Below, one piece after another: positions 16,493 through 18,929 of a stretch of DNA of 18,929 bases (the first letter of the stretch is position 1; each line of letters opens with the position of its first letter). The notes beneath the pieces were generated by a model, which was not told the DNA's origin, did not search any database, and saw only the letters and a list, made by a program, of their open reading frames with translations. The translations under genes were made by a program, and so were the position numbers. This DNA comes from a virus. The stretch lies in the UHGV virus genome UHGV-1353644, one strand, 5' to 3'.

Positions 16493-16515
16493 GTTTTATG
16501 AAAAAATTTTAAACT

Positions 16516-17004
16516 TTATGCATAGAGAGCATTTCTATAGTGTTTAATCCAACTTTCAGGAATGACTTTGTATGTTCCTAAAAATACCACGTTGTACAAC
16601 TTAACACCATCTTCTACCCATTGATCGGTAATGTATCCACACATGGCACGAGTATAAACAGCCTTTCCATCATCTGGGATGAATTTAAATTCACAAGGAG
16701 CAATGAACTTGATAGATTGACCGAGTTTCCACTTAAAGTCTACACCTACATGCGAAGTATCAATCGTCTCAATTCCTTTAGCGGGAACAGCTTTCAAAAA
16801 CGCAGATTCAAGAAATTTTGCGCGAACATAACCAAACTGAGGTTTAGACTTTCCATCTTTAGGAATGATACGAACTTTTACTTCAGAATCTTCATCTTTA
16901 ACACCATGCTTAAGCTGAATGCTTACAATTTCGACCAATTTTCCTGCTGCTTTAGAACGGGATTTATCAGATACACGAGCAATTTCACCAATATTAATAA
17001 TCAT
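16516..17004 (-). CDS. motB: MotB-like protein (162 aa)
   Basis: Length 162 aa and position (between the cef-like gene and dexA) agree with recalled T4 motB. Shares a C-terminal domain with the next ORF. Confidence 0.55.
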   Translation of the reverse strand: MIINIGEIARVSDKSRSKAAGKLVEIVSIQLKHGVKDEDSEVKVRIIPKDGKSKPQFGYVRAKFLESAFLKAVPAKGIETIDTSHVGVDFKWKLGQSIKFIAPCEFKFIPDDGKAVYTRAMCGYITDQWVEDGVKLYNVVFLGTYKVIPESWIKHYRNALYA

Positions 17005-17042
17005 AGTTATCTCTCACTTGTTAAAAAGATTTTATACTCCGC

Positions 17043-17079
17043 GGGACCATTATACTCTGGTCCCAAGAGTTTGTAAACT
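17043..17079 (-). promoter_or_regulatory. T4 early-type promoter upstream of the motB-like gene, with a 7-bp-stem hairpin overlapping the -10
   Basis: Minus strand: GTTTAC (complement of 17073-17078), 18 nt, TATAAT (complement of 17049-17054). Inverted repeat GGGACCA / TGGTCCC (17043-17049 and 17058-17064) places the -10 in the loop. Confidence 0.55.
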
Positions 17080-17080
17080 A

Positions 17081-17623
17081 TTAATTCAAAATAGCTACTA
17101 CTGCACTACGAGGTACTACGCTAAAATCACCTGCATGAACAACGTTCAGAAGTTCAACACCATCTTCAATCCACTGGTCTGTTACCCAACCACAGACCGA
17201 AATAAATGGGGTCTTAATAGCTACTGCACGAGTTAGAAGGTCGGTAGGGCCTTGTTCTTCAACTTCTTGGAACAGGATGAACTCATCTTCATAAACCAGG
17301 TTTTTCTTTATTTTGTTATTATCTAACCGGCGACCGTGGATGACGTAAGATTTGTCAAACCACTGACTTTTGGTAAATTCTTCAACAATAAATTCGCCTT
17401 CGCCAAAAACATCAGTCAAAATTTTATGGCCGGAAATCAAGGCATTAGTTTTAATTTTAGGTTCAACCAGTTTGTAGGTTTTGCCGATTTCAATAACGGT
17501 AGTCATAGTAGGTTCCTTAATTTCCAGTGGTTTAACAGGGCATACATAAATGCTTACAACATCAAAATCAGTCAATTTAGCTGCTGGATTCGATGTGTAT
17601 TCAGGATTATAATTAAATTTCAT
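17081..17623 (-). CDS. Hypothetical protein (180 aa), paralogous to the motB-like ORF in its C-terminal domain
   Basis: C-terminus VCGWVTDQWIEDGVELLNVVHAGDFSVVPRS aligns with MCGYITDQWVEDGVKLYNVVFLGTYKVIPES of the 162-aa ORF. Confidence 0.65.
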   Translation of the reverse strand: MKFNYNPEYTSNPAAKLTDFDVVSIYVCPVKPLEIKEPTMTTVIEIGKTYKLVEPKIKTNALISGHKILTDVFGEGEFIVEEFTKSQWFDKSYVIHGRRLDNNKIKKNLVYEDEFILFQEVEEQGPTDLLTRAVAIKTPFISVCGWVTDQWIEDGVELLNVVHAGDFSVVPRSAVVAILN

Positions 17624-17625
17624 AA

Positions 17626-18126
17626 TTATCTCATTTCAATAAAATCTACAAGTTCAGCATGGGATTTACGGAACATTACTTGATGCCCACCAATGATAAC
17701 TTCATCTTCAGGAACTTCATATATAGCAAGATAAAATCCTTTAGAAGCTAATTCTTCACGCTCTTCTCGTGTGAACCATCTCATCATATCATATTCACTA
17801 GCGAAAGCAAAATGATAAAGAGCTATAAACCATCCTGGAATATGATATTCTACTCCAACATAATCTTTCTTGAACTTAGTATTAATTACTATATTAGCGT
17901 TTTTAACTAATAGTTTATCTTCATGTGGTAAAGGAATTCTTTTATTATTATCGCTATGATGCATAAAATTAGGTCTGTCATAACCTACGTGTAATAGCCA
18001 CTCTTCGCTCCATGAATCTATTATACTCCTGTACGGCGTTATTTGAACACAAAGATTTCGACGTATTGTTATAGCATCTTCATAATCAAGAATACTAAAC
18101 GATGATTCAACACGATAAATTTTCAT
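17626..18126 (-). CDS. Hypothetical protein (166 aa from ATG)
   Basis: ATG at 18126 preceded by SD GAGGATAA, downstream of an early promoter (the track extends to 18165, which would cover the promoter). Confidence 0.65.
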   Translation of the reverse strand: MKIYRVESSFSILDYEDAITIRRNLCVQITPYRSIIDSWSEEWLLHVGYDRPNFMHHSDNNKRIPLPHEDKLLVKNANIVINTKFKKDYVGVEYHIPGWFIALYHFAFASEYDMMRWFTREEREELASKGFYLAIYEVPEDEVIIGGHQVMFRKSHAELVDFIEMR

Positions 18127-18152
18127 TTTATTATCCTCAGTAGCTATGGTGT

Positions 18153-18184
18153 TATAATACCACAACTAACCGAGGAAGTAAACA
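18153..18184 (-). promoter_or_regulatory. T4 early-type promoter directly after the dexA stop
   Basis: Minus strand: AAAAAGTT, GTTTAC (complement of 18178-18183), 18 nt ending TTGTGG, TATTAT (complement of 18154-18159). Confidence 0.6.
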
Positions 18185-18189
18185 ACTTT

Positions 18190-18873
18190 TTATCGTTTTG
18201 TTGGAAGAGATAGAGGATCGCAATCTTCCTCTGACGGAGCATCTTCAAGACCCATAGCGTATCGTAAAGCATACTTCATCATCAGAATGTCTTTCGCGCA
18301 GTCATGAATAGAATCATGCGCAACGAATCCATCTAAAGTTCCTTTTGGAAGAGGACACGTGGTCATATCACGAACAAGTAGAAGTGCTTCAATTCTGGTA
18401 CGAATATCACGCTGATTCCAGAACTTACATGGTTCTAACTTAAATGTGTCAAGCTCATTTTCGGAAACGCCATTAAGACGTTGAATATCACGAATGAGAT
18501 CGACTAAAATTGGAAAATCAAACGACATTCCACGGCACCAGCCTTGAGATTTCCAAGGATCGATATTATGTGCATTGATGTAATCATTAAATTTCGCAAT
18601 ACCATCGATAGTGCTTACATCTTCATCGGATGGTGCAATATTTTTTCGAGCTTCAGGGGATTGATTCTTCCACCATTCAATAGTGCTTTTAGTAAAAAGA
18701 CGGTGTCCTTTTTGGCTTTTCAAATCAAATTTGATTTTAATGCCACGTGAAACTAATTCATCAAATGTTTCAACGACTTCTGGATTAGGGTCAAAAGCAA
18801 TTACAGCCAAATCAATAACAGCTGCTTTTTCACCACTTCCCATTGTTTCAAAATCTATAATAAAATCAAACAT
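18190..18873 (-). CDS. dexA: Exonuclease A DexA (DEDDh 3'-5' exonuclease, 227 aa)
   Basis: Exo I motif FIIDFETMG near the N-terminus and Exo III motif FVAHDSIHDCAKD near the C-terminus (DnaQ-like DEDDh). Length 227 aa as recalled for T4 dexA; SD GCGAGGAAAA upstream. Confidence 0.85.
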   Translation of the reverse strand: MFDFIIDFETMGSGEKAAVIDLAVIAFDPNPEVVETFDELVSRGIKIKFDLKSQKGHRLFTKSTIEWWKNQSPEARKNIAPSDEDVSTIDGIAKFNDYINAHNIDPWKSQGWCRGMSFDFPILVDLIRDIQRLNGVSENELDTFKLEPCKFWNQRDIRTRIEALLLVRDMTTCPLPKGTLDGFVAHDSIHDCAKDILMMKYALRYAMGLEDAPSEEDCDPLSLPTKR

Positions 18874-18929
18874 TAAATTTTCCTCGCTAAATCGCGAATT
18901 TGGCCTACAGTATAATCTTGGATATAAAC

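Noticed and set aside
1790-18184. Dispersed near-identical 30-60 bp repeats considered as a CRISPR array or transposon inverted repeats
   Set aside because: Spacing is irregular (hundreds to thousands of bp); every copy sits just upstream of a minus-strand start codon with -35/-10 geometry. They are promoters, not CRISPR repeats or IS ends. No cas, transposase or integrase genes are present.
3314-18750. Plus-strand ORFs from the six-frame track (3314-3556, 3516-3788, 4000-4197, 4869-5072, 5172-5522, 5571-5792, 7613-7810, 9664-9867, 9738-9962, 10076-10264, 12373-12576, 13576-13821, 14149-14439, 14189-14371, 14546-14989, 16621-17076, 16919-17236, 17336-17683, 18544-18750)
   Set aside because: All lie antisense to well-supported minus-strand genes (several inside motA, gp52, rIIA, rIIB, gp39, dexA), lack Shine-Dalgarno sequences and give low-complexity translations. 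Only the two ORFs before 1486 are credible on the plus strand.
18874-18929. Possible promoter (GTTTAT ... TATACT) or 3' end of another gene upstream of dexA at the window edge
   Set aside because: Spacing does not fit the early-promoter geometry and the window ends before the context can be evaluated.

Overview
This window reads as a segment of a T-even (T4/T2-like) myovirus genome. The plus strand carries the 3' part of a glycine-rich tail-fibre adhesin (gp38, T2-type) and the holin t. Everything else is a dense leftward (minus-strand) early region: asiA, arn, four arn-downstream ORFs, motA, topoisomerase II subunit gp52, small membrane ORFs with stp, ndd, a cluster of tiny ORFs, denB, two ORFs next to rIIB, rIIB, rIIA, an rIIA.1-like ORF, an unsplit topoisomerase II large subunit (gp39), then a lipoprotein, a zinc-ribbon ORF, cef-like and motB-like genes and exonuclease dexA. 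Gene identities rest on protein motifs visible in the translations plus recalled T4 sequences, lengths and gene order; no database search was run. I refined several ORF-track starts to internal ATGs with Shine-Dalgarno sequences and added eight short ORFs below the track's length cutoff, including the 26-aa Stp peptide. Nine minus-strand promoter-like elements (eight T4 early-type, one MotA-box middle-type), two intrinsic terminators and several UUCG-loop hairpins are visible. I found no CRISPR array, tRNA, integrase or transposase. The most interesting material is the set of small or duplicated accessory genes embedded among known anti-defence genes (arn, stp, dexA, rII), and a 26-bp perfect repeat flanking a 64-aa ORF next to rIIB.
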